Shown here piece by piece: positions 12,086 through 24,396 of a DNA stretch of 64,000 bases (positions are counted from its first letter, which is position 1; every line of letters starts with the position of its first letter). The stretch is taken from assembly GCA_021432655.1 (NCBI GenBank), contig MU271238.1, positions 62,001 to 126,000 of the forward strand, given 5' to 3'. The translations under genes were made by a program, and so were the position numbers. The DNA comes from Atractiella rhizophila. Taxonomy: Eukaryota. The notes below the pieces were generated by a model. The model was not told the DNA's origin and ran no database searches. It was given only the letters and a program-made list of their open reading frames with translations.

Positions 12086-13926
12086 GTGTCCAACCCATCG
12101 TCCCTCCTTCTCGCCCCTCCAAAAGTTACTCTCGGAACGACCCCTCCACTGCCCTCCTCGTCATCATCTCTCTCGCCTTCTCTCAACGGAAACTCCGCCT
12201 CTTTGTTCCAATCCTCTCCCTCTCGCCTCTCGGCCCAGCAGCCGCTTCAAATCCATTCCACATTCTCCCCTCACGCCACCAACCGCGGAAAGGTAGTCAT
12301 CAAAGTCGAAGACGCAAAGTTTTATTGTCACAAGGACGTCTTAGTCTTTGGGAGCTCCTTCTTCGAGGCGCTGCTACTAGGCGGACCTTGGAGAGAGACT
12401 ACAATCCCAGAGAGGGGAGGTGGCAAGGACAAAGAGAGGGAACTGGAACCGCAAACGCAGATCGACAGGGATGGTGTGGCGGATGAGCATACCGATGGAG
12501 AAGATGAAGTGCCCAACATCGACCGGCTGAGCTTGGACGTCACCCCTTCCCCTCCCATGGTGGAAGCTTCTGGCTCAAGCAGCGTCCACAATTCTTTCCG
12601 ATATTCCACAGAATTCCACAGAATTGGACGGCTCAGAGATCGGGGAGAGGGTGTCGGTATATTCGAGGGAGGATTTGGATTTCGAAGACGATGGGATTGA
12701 GGCGAGGCTTCATCTGAAGGAAGAAAAGGCGGCTTCGTTTCAAGATCTTCTGTTCTTCATCTACCCACAGTACACTTTTCATTTCTCTCGTTCCTCCCTC
12801 TCACCCGCCTTCTCTTCCCTCTAACCCTAATTGCTAATCTTTCCGTGCTTATGGGACAGTCTCGATTGCTGTGTGACCTGGAACAACGCGCCAGATCTCA
12901 TGACCATGTCTCTCAAGTTTGATATGCCACTCCTCAAACGTCTCTGCACGAGTTTCTTGATTTCCAGCGCAGCGGGCCAGCCGATAAAGGCCATGAAGAT
13001 TTCTGGTAGGTCCCTCACCGCTCCACCCTACACCGCTCCCTCCCCGTATTCCACTGTGCTCATGTTTCTGCGATGGATGCATGTGATACGTGTCGATAAA
13101 ATGTCTGTTCGTCGACATCGATAGAGGACCATCAAATCCCCGAATTGTATAAAGAAGCATCAAGGTTTTTACTCGACAACTTCAACGGCTGGGACACTTC
13201 CGATCTCGCCGTGCTAAAGCAGTCGACGCTGTTGAAGCTGGAAAAAAGGTGCACTGTCCCGCCGCGTCCTTTTCATTCTCTCAATATCCCAGTGTTGACG
13301 CAACTTGTGTGGTTCTCTATTCAGGCGGACTTGGTTCCTTGAACGCCTCCTTAAGCTAGGACTCGTGACGACGGCGAGGGATTACGTCTGTTCTCCCTCA
13401 TGTCCTGACCCTCAGACCTGCGCGAAGCTCCTGGATGAGAAGTGGAGGAGCGCATGGAACGCTGCTTTCCGCTTCGGTTAGTCCAGAGTCACATCTTCGT
13501 CCTTTCTCCCACGCGCTTCAACTGAGGTTGATTCTGAACAGGCCCCCCTCAACCGTCAATCATCTACCGATCCCTGAGACAACTCGAACCTTCCCTCTCT
13601 TCTCCTGCCCTGCACCTTCCACATACCGCCTGTCAAGCTCACGCCCGCGCATGGGTAGCGGACCTGTTCGTCCTCCTCTGCATCTCCTGTCGGAATGATT
13701 TGAACTGATGATTGGATGGGTGACAAGGTTCGATCGTATGTTCTCCCTCGCACCCACCGTCTCTCCTCGTGGATGGAGCGTCAGTGCTAGCGCTGGGTAT
13801 TCCAGGACTTACGGTCTTTATGGAACTGGAGGCGCTGGAGGGATTGGTGGGGATACAGCGGGGAGTGGAAGTGGCTCGAAAGGCGTAAGTTTCTCCTTTA
13901 TCTCAAGAATTTCGACGGGAATCTGA
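12086..13926 (+). CDS. BTB/POZ domain protein; 5' end unresolved; frameshifted by a 10-bp duplication at 12603-12622 in this assembly
   Basis: VVIKVEDAKFYCHKDVLVFGSSFFEALL ... LKEEKAASFQDLLFFIYP ... VTWNNAPDLMTMSLKFDMPLL ... ELYKEASRFLLD matches the basidiomycete BTB protein pattern. Confidence 0.8.
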
Positions 13927-14320
13927 TGGACACACCCGATGTCAACAGGCCAAGTACTTTTTGTTCATTACTATGGATCCGGAGCATTGAAATCCAGTTG
14001 AAGTCGTTTTCGTATTTCTAACGAAGTTCAGAGTGTCTGTAGGGAAGTGTGTAGTGTTGTCTACGATGTATCTTTTTTTCCGTGCAGATCGATAGTTCAC
14101 CAATAACATATACATTACTCTAAAGCTACAAAGCTCCGACCCTTCATTGAGGTAGGTCGTCCAATGTCCATTGAGATCCCAAAATCACCATAGAAAAACG
14201 GTCCGTAAAGAAAGACCAAAACCAAAACACAATCCCAAGACAGAATAATGACCTTCAAGTTGAAATGGACAGCTAAAGGATAAGGAGGAGTCGATTTGTG
14301 CCTCACACTCACTTCGGAAC

Positions 14321-15350
14321 TCAACTCCTGATGCAATGACCCAACAAGGTCATTCTCCATCCTTCTCGACACTTCTCCACCTTACAATTTCCTTGGATAC
14401 AGGTGACCCCGTCTTGTCTCACGCCTTCAAGCATCGTACAATCCCTACCACACATGCCACAGTTCTCTAAGTCCGCCTTCAAGTCTACGCACTCTGATCC
14501 GCCAAATGGGGAGGTGGCGATGGTGCAAATATCTTGTCCTTCCGGACAAGGAGAGGAAGAGGGAGGCAGGGCAAGACGACGGTGGTTACGAGCCGACGAG
14601 GAAGCGGGGAGGACGCAGATTGGCTCGTGGCAATTTGGAGGGGAGGAGTCGACGTAGGGCGGATTACAAAAGCAGGAACAGCTGCCAGCTACTCGGCACA
14701 CAAGGAGGAGCAAAATCAGCGCATCTCTGTCAAAGAAGAACGGAAAGGGTGAGAAGTGGGAGAGAGACGCACCGCGATCACAGAAGACTGAGGAGTTTGG
14801 AGGACACTTTTTCGGAACGCTGGATTCAATCGTGGTCAAATCATGCCTCAATCTGGAACGGCGGTGGAGAAGAAATCACCAATAGTTCGCGAAATTTCCC
14901 ATCCCCTTCTTGAATCCAGGCTTGCACTCGCAGGTCGACCTTCGCTCGCACGTCACCGCCCCATTATGGCAGCTGGGAACAGTTGGAAAATCAATATCAA
15001 TCTACTCAACGGAGGGTCAGTACCAAATTTTCAACTTCAACTACAGCTGATATGGAAAGAGAAGGAGGAATGAGACATACGTCTAAGAGCTTGACCTTGA
15101 GACAAGCACAAACTCCGCCATGTATTGAGGTTTTGGCAAGGACGGTAACCACAGAGGCATCAACTTTGACGAAAGCGCAGAAGTCGAGTCCCAATCCTAA
15201 AAGCGAGGACGAGCCGGTGTTGAGACGCAAACGGGTGGAAGCCTGTGCCCCAACGCCGACGGAGAGAGGTTCAGGAGGTAGTGCGGTGGCAAGGACATTA
15301 TGGAGTAGAGAGAAACAGGTGAAGAGATAGAACAAAAGGAGGGACTCCAT
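14321..15350 (-). CDS. Secreted cysteine-rich PriA/CPL1-like protein
   Basis: Signal peptide MESLLLFYLFTCFSLLHNVLA and a C-terminal domain CPEGQDIC...ECVDLKADLENCGMCGRDCTMLEGV...VTCIQGNCKVEKCREGW, typical of the PriA/CPL1 family. Confidence 0.85.
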
Positions 15351-15473
15351 CGAGAAGGAGAAGGAAAGAAATACGTTAGCGAAAACTCAGAAAACGAACG
15401 AGTGAAAGAATGGGAGATCTTCAAATGATACCAGGTTAAAAATTAGTTGGGAGAAGAAGAAGGAGCATAGTCC

Positions 15474-15481
15474 TTTTTATA
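15474..15481 (-). promoter_or_regulatory. Putative TATA box of the CPL1-like gene
   Basis: TATAAAAA on the minus strand about 125 nt upstream of the ATG at 15350. Confidence 0.4.
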
Positions 15482-16599
15482 GCTTGAAAGAGAGCCCATG
15501 AGAAATGAGAACATCGTGTGTCGTGAAAGCCTCAGATGTGAGACATTCATCAGTTCCGTCAGCCCGCAGATCAATTGACTCAGGGGAATGAGAATATTCG
15601 ACGGTTCGTTGTCAGTCAAATGCAACTCTTCGAGTTGTCATCAGTCTTCACATCAGTTCCAGTACCATATCTTGCAAATACCAGCATACAATCAGAAGCG
15701 CATTTACTGCTGCGACAGACAGGAACTCGTCTCGCACAATGACTTCGTCATAACTTTAACTTCGATAGGCACAAGAAATCACAGTAGGTAGGGAGACATG
15801 GAAAGAGGAGGCAGACGTGCTGCTGAGTTTGTAGATTCAGAAACCGCGACTTGATCTTATAATGAGGATAGGTGACTTTCAGTTGTGGCATGTGATACCC
15901 CTTTTCCGCTTCATGAACTTGAGCTTGAACTCGGGTGGAGTGAGAAATGGACAAGGAAGTGAAACAAAACAATGGATCAAAACAACTGTCGCTTCCTGTT
16001 GATTTTGAATTTATAGCAACGTTGAACTTTTGACATAGCACATGGAATCATGCAGTGGCAACATCCGTGGCCGAATCAGCATCACGATAACTGATGAGAT
16101 TTGTGCACAGTTCTAATCCTGCAAGCGAACATGCAAACAAAGAAACAAAGGTTGTAATTCCCAAAAATCAGATACAAGCCGAAAGCTCGAATCAGGGATT
16201 AGACAGCGCACATATCATGGATTGGTTTCATTTGAAAACATAACGCAAAGTGTAGTAGTAAACCCATATTGAGGAGGAAGGACCTCGAAGACTCTTCAAA
16301 GGGAAGGAATGGAATCATGCCGCGGTTGTTGCTTCAATTTCCGCTTCACAGGTTGTTACTCGGTGGGCCATATTTTTCTGAAGGAAGGAAATATGCGAGA
16401 AAATCTTGCTGTACTCCAACACACAGGTAAACAGAGCCGTTAGTCTCATCCTGAAGCCTCAGGTAAAGAGCGTGGCAGTTTCTCCGTTTCTGTCAAGCAG
16501 AATGGCAAGCAAATGGTAAATCAGCTGGACCTGGTGAGTTTCCATACCTCAATCATCTCGTCAACAGCGCCACTATCTGGAAATACCTCTCAACAGCTC

Positions 16600-17282
16600 T
16601 CAAGCAGGGCACAAGATGCTCACATAAATAAAACTGAAGCTATCTAGAAGTCCACTCTCGTCCTCTTGAGCAAATTCTTCATAAATATAGCCCAAGCTAC
16701 GCGAAGCTAGGGATGCCCAATGGGGCGGGACAGGTCCGGAACCCGTACTTCGTTCCAATTTTTTTTGGCGGGTGTGGAGCTCACTAAACACGTCTCAAAC
16801 CACACACATTTTTGGATGGGACAGAAAGACGTGCACAGACATGAAGGAGTGTTCCCATCTTCATACGCCAACACGTCTCCCAACATGGCTCCAGATTTCT
16901 ATGGCTGTGCAATTTATGTAGGATCTTTTAGTCAACCAGGCCAGGTCGGTTGGCTCATCAACACAAGAAGTCAGAGGTTCCTTTGTGCACTTGATGCCTG
17001 TCCAATGTAAGACCAGAATCTTCTTCTGACTAGTCTTGCCTCAGTCGCTCCAGTGCTCCATTCAAAGTCTTGATCCCAAATTGTCGATAAAAGGCATGTT
17101 GCAACAACATAGCATGAATGAACTTCTCGTAGTAAAAACTGTTGCGACTGAAATTCGAATCGTACATCGTAAAAGTGAGTTTTCCAAGCGATATTATGGT
17201 CGAGGTATGTGTCGATGATTGAGGTATCTGAGTATACAGGAGCAATGTCTTCTTCAAATCTGGGAGTGCTGTCTGATGGCAT
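16600..17282 (-). pseudogene. Possible degenerate gene of unknown family
   Basis: ATG at 17282 opens a 103-codon protein-like ORF (MPSDSTPRFEEDIAP...). A plausible continuation (EEPLTSCVDEPTDLAWL...) needs a frameshift. No recognised motif. Confidence 0.25.
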
Positions 17283-17564
17283 CCATATTACGAATATGAA
17301 TCTAGACGAAGCGTAACAGGGAGGCAGGTCGCAAGAGAGATGAAGGCCGCAACCCAAGCGGAAGGCTGAGCGGGGTGGGTAGAGCTCGTGGCGGTACCCT
17401 AAGCGGAAGGGGGGTTGAGGAGGGCAGAGCAGATGGCCGACGATGATGTGACTGTACCAAAAACAGTGTCTGTATACTTTGGAGGCATGAGATAAGGGGG
17501 GGAGCGCACGAGATACGGTCGAGACACTGGGAAGAGTGGGGGACGATCACTCGAGTAGAAACGT

Positions 17565-19563
17565 CTAATGTCCGAGTGTGACTGAAGTTGGGTGGCGGCA
17601 TTCAGCCTTGAAAAGGTTCATATTAGGCCAATGAGTAGCCTGGAAGCAAGGAGCGTACTTCTCAGCTTCCTCCTGCTGCTCCAGCAGAACAGAAAGTTGC
17701 TCATTGACAATGAGCTCCCTTTTTGCACGGGTAATTGCCTACAGGGTATAATTGAGTTTGTTCCTGGTTGCGAAAAATTCCACTCACAACATATAAGCAA
17801 TTCATTTCTTGTTTCCAAGACTCCACGTCACTTTGTGGTTCAGAGAAAACGGCGAGGAAGTCGTCGGCGATAGCTACTCGATCGTACTCACTACGATCAA
17901 TGTCGATGAGGGACATGATTGACAAAAGAAAGGAGCAACGAACCTCCCTCTCGACTCGTGCGCAGTGAGCAAGGTCAGCTCTGCCTTCTCCGGGAATCGG
18001 CAATGCAGCTCTTCTACGCGTGTCAGATTGTGCAACAAAGCCTCTTGAGACTCTTCCGACTCCATCGCTGCCTGAAATGTCGACTCCATGGAATAAACGA
18101 TGGCAGCCTTTACATGTTCTGAGCTGAGTTACAAACATATGAGAAGGCGTACGAGTGCATGCACCGCTTCTCCAGTCACCTCTTGCACTTCTTCCCGCAG
18201 CTGGTCCCAAGTATCGTACCCTTGCAAGGCGCTGTGGGGTTTAGGCCGTTCGTCACCACAGAAGAGGGAGAAGCCGTCCCGCAGGAGATGACCTGGGTTT
18301 CCTGTGCTGATATAATAACGTCGCGGATTGTCCGACAGGGCTTCAGTAAGAACAGCGTCAATTATGGCTGTAAACAAGCACGTAAGTCCATTGTGCTCTG
18401 AAAAAGAAAAGACGAACCCTTGTTCGTCCTAAAGATCATAGTCAACTTTCCCTCTGGCAACTGTTCCTTCAGCGGCCGTCGTTTCGTTAAGACAAAATCA
18501 GTCATATTTGCCGACCCTCTTAGCTTCTCTTCCTCCCCCTTACAATTGAGAATTGCATTAGCGACGTTTGCGATAGAATCCTGAAAGCGGAATGATTGGG
18601 TGAGTGTGAAGGTTTGACGAGCTTCAAGCGTCTCCCATACATCTTTGGCGCCGCGAAAACCGTAGATAGATTGGTGGGGATCTCCAACGAGAACGATTTG
18701 CGGTCGGAAACGGGAAGTAAGTTGGGTGGAAAATAAGCGCCAATCCACATCGCTCAAATCTAGCGTTCAAACAGTAAGCTTTGGCTGTGGTCTGAGAGAT
18801 GGAACTGCAAGCTGAGAAGAATCAGCGAACCTTGTGCCTCGTCTAATAAGATCATGTCATATTTCAATTCGACGGAGGGAGATTTCATGCTCGCGAGTTT
18901 GAGGTACGCGTTATGAGGTAATGGAGCGTTTAGGTCCGTCATGTCACGAACACGATTCCAAGCCGTCGTCAACCCTGTTAACAGCTCTGCGTCGTCTATG
19001 TCCTCCTTCCCTTCACCCCCCGGCGGATTGTAGATGTGCCTCCATGTCGGCTCGTCATCCGCACTAGCTAGAAACATATTGAGGCTTTTGAGAACCCGTT
19101 GAGCTTTAGCCATGTTGGAGTGTGGGAAAGGAAGTCCGTGTTCGATGTACCACCGTGCACTATCATCGTTGATATCCATTTCCCAATGTAGAAGATCCAT
19201 AATGTGTCTGTAATTGAGCATCCTTGCCAACTTGAACTTCTTGAACGCTGAGGGATTTTGGAATACGACAGCACGAAAAGCGATGGAATTGAAAGTTCGG
19301 CACTTTACTTGAGGCATAGAACTAAATCGTCGCTCTCCATCTCTCCGCAAAGCTTTATTAAAGCAGGCGTAAAGGATTCGAATAGCTGGGTTCGCAACAA
19401 TCGCGTTCCGTGCGAGTTCGACGAGCGTCGTTGTCTTCCCCGTTCCAGCAAAAGCCTTGATTTTGACAATGGTTCCCGGAACGAGATTGTAACGCGAAGC
19501 CACCTCTTGCTCTAGCGTCATTGGCAAGTTGGAAGAGCAAGACGGTGCCGTATGCGGAGGCAT
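17565..19563 (-). CDS. SF1 UvrD-family DNA helicase, FBH1-like; no F-box seen; multi-exon
   Basis: Motif 0/I MTLEQ...VKIKAFAGTGKTTTL; Ia LYACFNK; RTFNSIA; II ILLDEAQD (spliced); III VGDPHQSIYGFRGA; IV LTQSFRF; IFRTN; V TAHESRGSEYDRV (spliced); VI QEMNCLYVAITRAK. Stop at 17565-17567. Confidence 0.9.
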
Positions 19564-20870
19564 ACGACTCTGGAATTATGGCCAGCACGTTGCTGCGAGC
19601 AGTTTTCTGTAAATCTGGGGTAATAGGTGTGGCAAGACTCACAAAGTGACTAGCTACAGCGTGATATAAGTATTAAGCGCGCGATTTCGAGTGTGAAGTT
19701 GTCTGAAGCAGAAGTTGCTGAAGCTCAATGGTCGGCTTTTCCTCTAGAGTCAGATGCCGCCTTTATTGCCGCTGAAAGGTGGGTTCGAGTTCGTGATCGC
19801 CGTCAAGCTGGATGAAGGATAGTATTTGGAGTATACCTTTGCGTCAGACGCGTAAATGCATGCAATGGGGAACATCAAAAACGTTTGGTCACATTCAATA
19901 AACGCACATGTCTCTCCCACACCTATGAGTCAACCATTCAATTTCCTTACTTCGCTACAGTTCTGATCATCCTTTCTAAGGGATTTCCTAGGGGTTTTAT
20001 TTCACGCAGAACTGCCAGCCTTTGTAGTCAAGATTTTTGGCAACAGATTGCCTTTTTTCAAATCATCTACCTTAATATGGCCACGAATTCCAACTCCTAT
20101 GGCTTGACCTTGCCGTATATCTCAATCAGCATGTGGTCGACACCTTCCTTCATCCCTTTTCTGTCCGTCCGTCTAAAGGATTTGATGATATTGATTTTAG
20201 GTGTTTTGTACGCATGGCTCCAAGTTGGCTACGAACATTGTGCACAAATGTGACTTGTTCACGCGAGGCGTGCTCATGTAGTGCAACAATTCTAGTACCC
20301 CCATGGTTGACAGAACCATGAGTGCGCCGATCTCGTCAGTCGGAAGCTTGGGCACGCAAATAGCAGCGTGTGAATTTGTGGAAGGGAAGGAGAAGGACCA
20401 TTAATTTATCATCTGCACATACACAGGGAAGGGTCGCATGCCTCTGTCCATCCATGGTTTGCTTTTGCGACAGTCAACGCCTTGGTCTGATAATCAATCC
20501 TCAAAAGGCAAGCGTCGCACGAGAGGCTTCTCCATATCGTGATTCCAGCCCTTATCTTGCTCCCTGTTATGAGATTCTTCGCATTGGCGAATTGCCTTTA
20601 CCCTGAGAAGGCGGAATCTGACATTGTTGTGAGATACTGTGCTGTCTGCTTGTTGAGTCCACGAATGTCTAGATATGATGTTTCTTGGATGCCTTTCCTT
20701 CCGCTCGAATGTTAATCATAAAGACGATTATATTTATTGTCAGACTGCATGCGTTCAACTTATTACCTCCTGCCTATGTTCCCCGCTCTTGCTCTTAAGT
20801 CTCCTTCCACGCTTGCATCCAAAAATAGGATCAACACACTGAAACTGATAATATTTCTTTCAATTTACAG

Positions 20871-21577
20871 TGTCAATCCCCAGTGGCAAAATTCACAGGT
20901 GCACGCGGAGCAAGCAGGAATAGGTATGGCCGACGGTTGGTCGTCCTTATCCTCCTTTCCCTCTCCTCCTCACCTTGATCCGCAACGAGACAGGCATCCT
21001 CTCTCTCCTCCATAATGCTACAGTTCTACATCTCGGTCTGTTCAGGAATGAGAATACGCTTGATCCAGTGGAATATAATAAACTCCCAAAGAAGGTGGTC
21101 GCAGATGAAGACTTTGTGCAACCGTCCCCTTTTCGCTTCTTTACCCTTCACCTGACTTGGCGTGCGACGTAGATCCAAAGTCTGCCGCTGCTAGTGGGCA
21201 TTCGCAGCCGTCCACATGCTTGTGCATTACCTTCCTATCTCAGGCTACATCTTGTCATCAGGTGGTGCTTGGCATGCAATGCGAAACAGCAAGATTGGGG
21301 TATACTTGTAGAGAACATCCTCTGCCTCGTCGCCTCGTCGCCTCGTTCCCAGGCCTCCAAAAGATCACGCGAGCCTTTCCCGACCTGGAGATCTGAACTG
21401 CAGCCATCGATCAAGACGTGCGTCCCTCCCCTACCATGTCTCCATGCCATATCCCTGGAATACCTTTTATTGATGTTGAATTGGGGTGGTGCAGCTTACG
21501 AAGGAAGGTATGATCTCCCCTGGACTAGGTGTCGGTGGAGATCGCCTCTTTGGCACGGGCAGCTATGCGCAGTCATG
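20871..21577 (+). pseudogene. Truncated uracil phosphoribosyltransferase pseudogene
   Basis: Homologous to the exons of 50588..52418 from exon 3 onward. It lacks exons 1-2, has a 29-nt deletion removing the HPILR motif, a degraded DPIVATGG loop and TGG->TGA at 21394-21396. Confidence 0.9.
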
Positions 21578-22159
21578 ATTCTTCATCCTTCCTTTCGGCT
21601 TTCAGCTTTGTCTGAGAATGGAGTGGGTAAAGCTGCCAGCAGAAGCACTGCCGAGGCAGATGGTGAAGCGGCTGTGTTCTTAGATTCCCTCAGTTGTAAT
21701 CTGTTTCTCTCTTCGGCACGCCGTTTTTTTCATGACTGGAGACTTGCAACAATCCACGGCAAGTCTGGACAGAGGCATGTGCCCTGTTATCACCACCACT
21801 GGCAGTTCACATTCAAGTTGGTTCAAGCTGTGCTATAGTACGTTGATGGGGTGGGGATGATCGATCGTTCAACCAAACTTGATCGAGCTTGATCTTCCTT
21901 CCCAGAGGTGACCGGTGAAGGCTGGTAAAAAGTGGATCGCGGGGTGGTGAAAACACTTAGCAGAGGTCCAGGAAAAAGCGCTAAAGCATGACAATTGAGA
22001 GGAGTGACATTTATCAGCAAAAAAAAGTCGTCATTGTGAGAATACTCCTACTTCTGAGACAGTTACACGATATCAATACACCCAGTTAGAGAAATCATAC
22101 AATCATATCGGTTCGTTACATTCGTTGAAGCATGGGCTCAATGAAACACAATCACAACA

Positions 22160-24396
22160 TCACAATCCTCGCTGCGTCGCAGTCGGCGGAGCTGTATAAA
22201 TTTCGGGATATCTGGACGGGTACGGATTTCCCCCATAGCCCTCGCGGGACTGCTGGTATTCCAAGGCTGGCGTCACGCTCAGCTGGTGCCTATTCGTCAT
22301 ATCGGTGACCTGCAAAGCGTTCACCTGTCCCATCGTGAAAGGTTGGAAGAATTGCTCCTGATCCCCTTTTTCGTACGAATGCGAAACATCCGACGTTTGA
22401 TAAAGTGTCGATGACCTATCGCTAATGGGTACACTTATGGGAGAAGAAATGGACTCTCTGTTTGGCGGTTCGCTCGGTGGCGTTCTAGCACGTCTGTAGC
22501 GACGGCGTAGGCAGAATGCGAGAAGGAGGATGAGGATGAGTGCCACAGCCCCACCAACCGCGCATCCCACGATTAAACCGACGTGTGAGGGGGGGTGGCA
22601 ATTGCCTTGACAAAGATAATCGCTAGGGGTGTAGCTTCCCCCACTGTTGGGGGCCGTTCCGTCCGTGCCAGGAAGGCCAGAACCGGCCAGAGAGCCAGAG
22701 TTGGGCTGGATAGCCTGAGCGAAACCGATATAGTGCTCATTGTTGGGGTTGAAAGAGTAGGCGGTGTACCAGTTCTTCAGGAAGCCGGCACCAAGAAGTG
22801 CCATGGGAGTACGATCGGTGTCTTGAGCCTGTCACCCACCCAGAACAAAAAGGATTAGTGAATAAACTGGACAACGAAGGCGGGAGACATACGTCCGTGG
22901 TGTAAATGAAAAAGCTACATAAATCGCTATTGTTTTTGTAGAAGATATCGAGAGGAGCTATGTCTACTTAACCGTGTAAACATCGTTCCCCAAGAAACAA
23001 TGGGAAAGGGAAAAACTACCGTATACCTGCCCGAAAATATCGAATCCCAGCCGCATCGTCGCCAAGTTTGCACAGGTCGTCGTAATCTGGTATGCAGGTC
23101 CCCCATTTCCGACAGCCTCGATCTGGGCCCCAATCCCTTGTGCGTAGGCTTGGATGACAGACGGTGGGAGAGCCAGGTCATATCCGGCGGCAAGGAGAGC
23201 CCTACACTTCGTCCCGTCAATCGTTCGACCCTTGTAGGTCAAACCAGAGGTATCCACAGCCCAGTACGAATGGCTCGTCACTGGCACCCACTTCAAATCT
23301 CCTCGGTAATGCTGTAAGTTACTGCAACCGATACAGATTTCTCCACCATCTGAATTGCTATCATCGAAGGTACCGCTCGAGTCGGTGTTGACGATTGTGT
23401 TCTTGATCGTATAATCTCGTGCCAAGAAGATCGAAAAGTAGTTCTGATCGAGTGTCCCTCCGTTTCCAGCGACGAGATTCTCCATGAACGTAGTTTGGTT
23501 ATTCTGTGCTTGCACGAATCCAAGCCCAATGATTCCATCCCCCACCTGCTGCTCAAAAATTGTCGTCGTGTGGTTGGCAAGGCCGAAGCCACTATTAGGG
23601 ATGGTGAATCCGGCGATGGTGAGTGTATCTTGCGCTACGAATCCGTCGGTTGTGTACCCTTTCAGGTTTTAGGAATGCATCAGAAAGGGGAACTGCGGAA
23701 ATGCAGCAGACACACCTTCACCATAGCTTATGTTCCTGAATGCAGAAGAATTAGAGCGACTGGATGAGGGTGAAGATTGAGGAGACGAACCAAGGGATTT
23801 GGGAACCGACAAAAGTGGAAGAAGCTGATGGTTGGAATTTACGATGGGCAGTGGTCTATACAGTATGCCAAACTTGTTTGTCCTCCGCCGTAGGAGCAAA
23901 AAGCAACGCACGTTAGCAGTCGGGTCATCTGGGAATTCATCAGCTGCTTAGAGAACCATGGGCCAAACTGAACTCACAAACCCACAGATCAGATGATACA
24001 GCTTCCCGCACTTGAGTATGTTTTTACGGTGAAGGAGGAACGTACTGTCAAACTGGAGGCGAGGCATCGCATCAGTGCCGCTTGAAGGTGATGCAGGAGG
24101 AACTCAAACCTGGACAAGAAAGCTTTGAGGTGGTGTACCAAGCTCCACCGTTCCAGCGTAGATTCTGTCAAGTGGTGGGCCTGTTTGCAGTCATCAGAGG
24201 CTGTGCTTGCATGAAAATATCAATCTTTTGCCATACCATTGGTCGAAGGCACCGTTCCGGAAGCCCTCTTCCATGCTCTCTTTCCCTGCTGCTCAGGCCT
24301 GATTCTCTCTGAACTCTGACGCCTGCCGGTCAATGCGATAGTATTGAGTGCAGAAGTCACCTCCAATCCTGCTAGTAGGTAGAACAAGTTCTTCAT
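22160..24396 (-). CDS. Type I membrane pepsin-fold (A1) protein, predicted catalytically inactive; copy A
   Basis: Signal MKNLFYLLAGLEVTSA; YAGTVELGTPPQSFLVQFDTVSSDLWV; flap ISYGEG; DGIIGLGF; second motif CRALLAAGYDL; LGAGFLKNWYTAYSF; TM GLIVGCAVGGAVALILILLLAFCL followed by RRRYRR and a long tail. Confidence 0.88.

Noticed and set aside
845..19563. Split FBH1 (F-box gene plus helicase gene as halves of one protein)
   Set aside because: The two are 15 kb apart with unrelated genes in between, in the wrong order for the minus strand, and the F-box gene has its own LRR domain.
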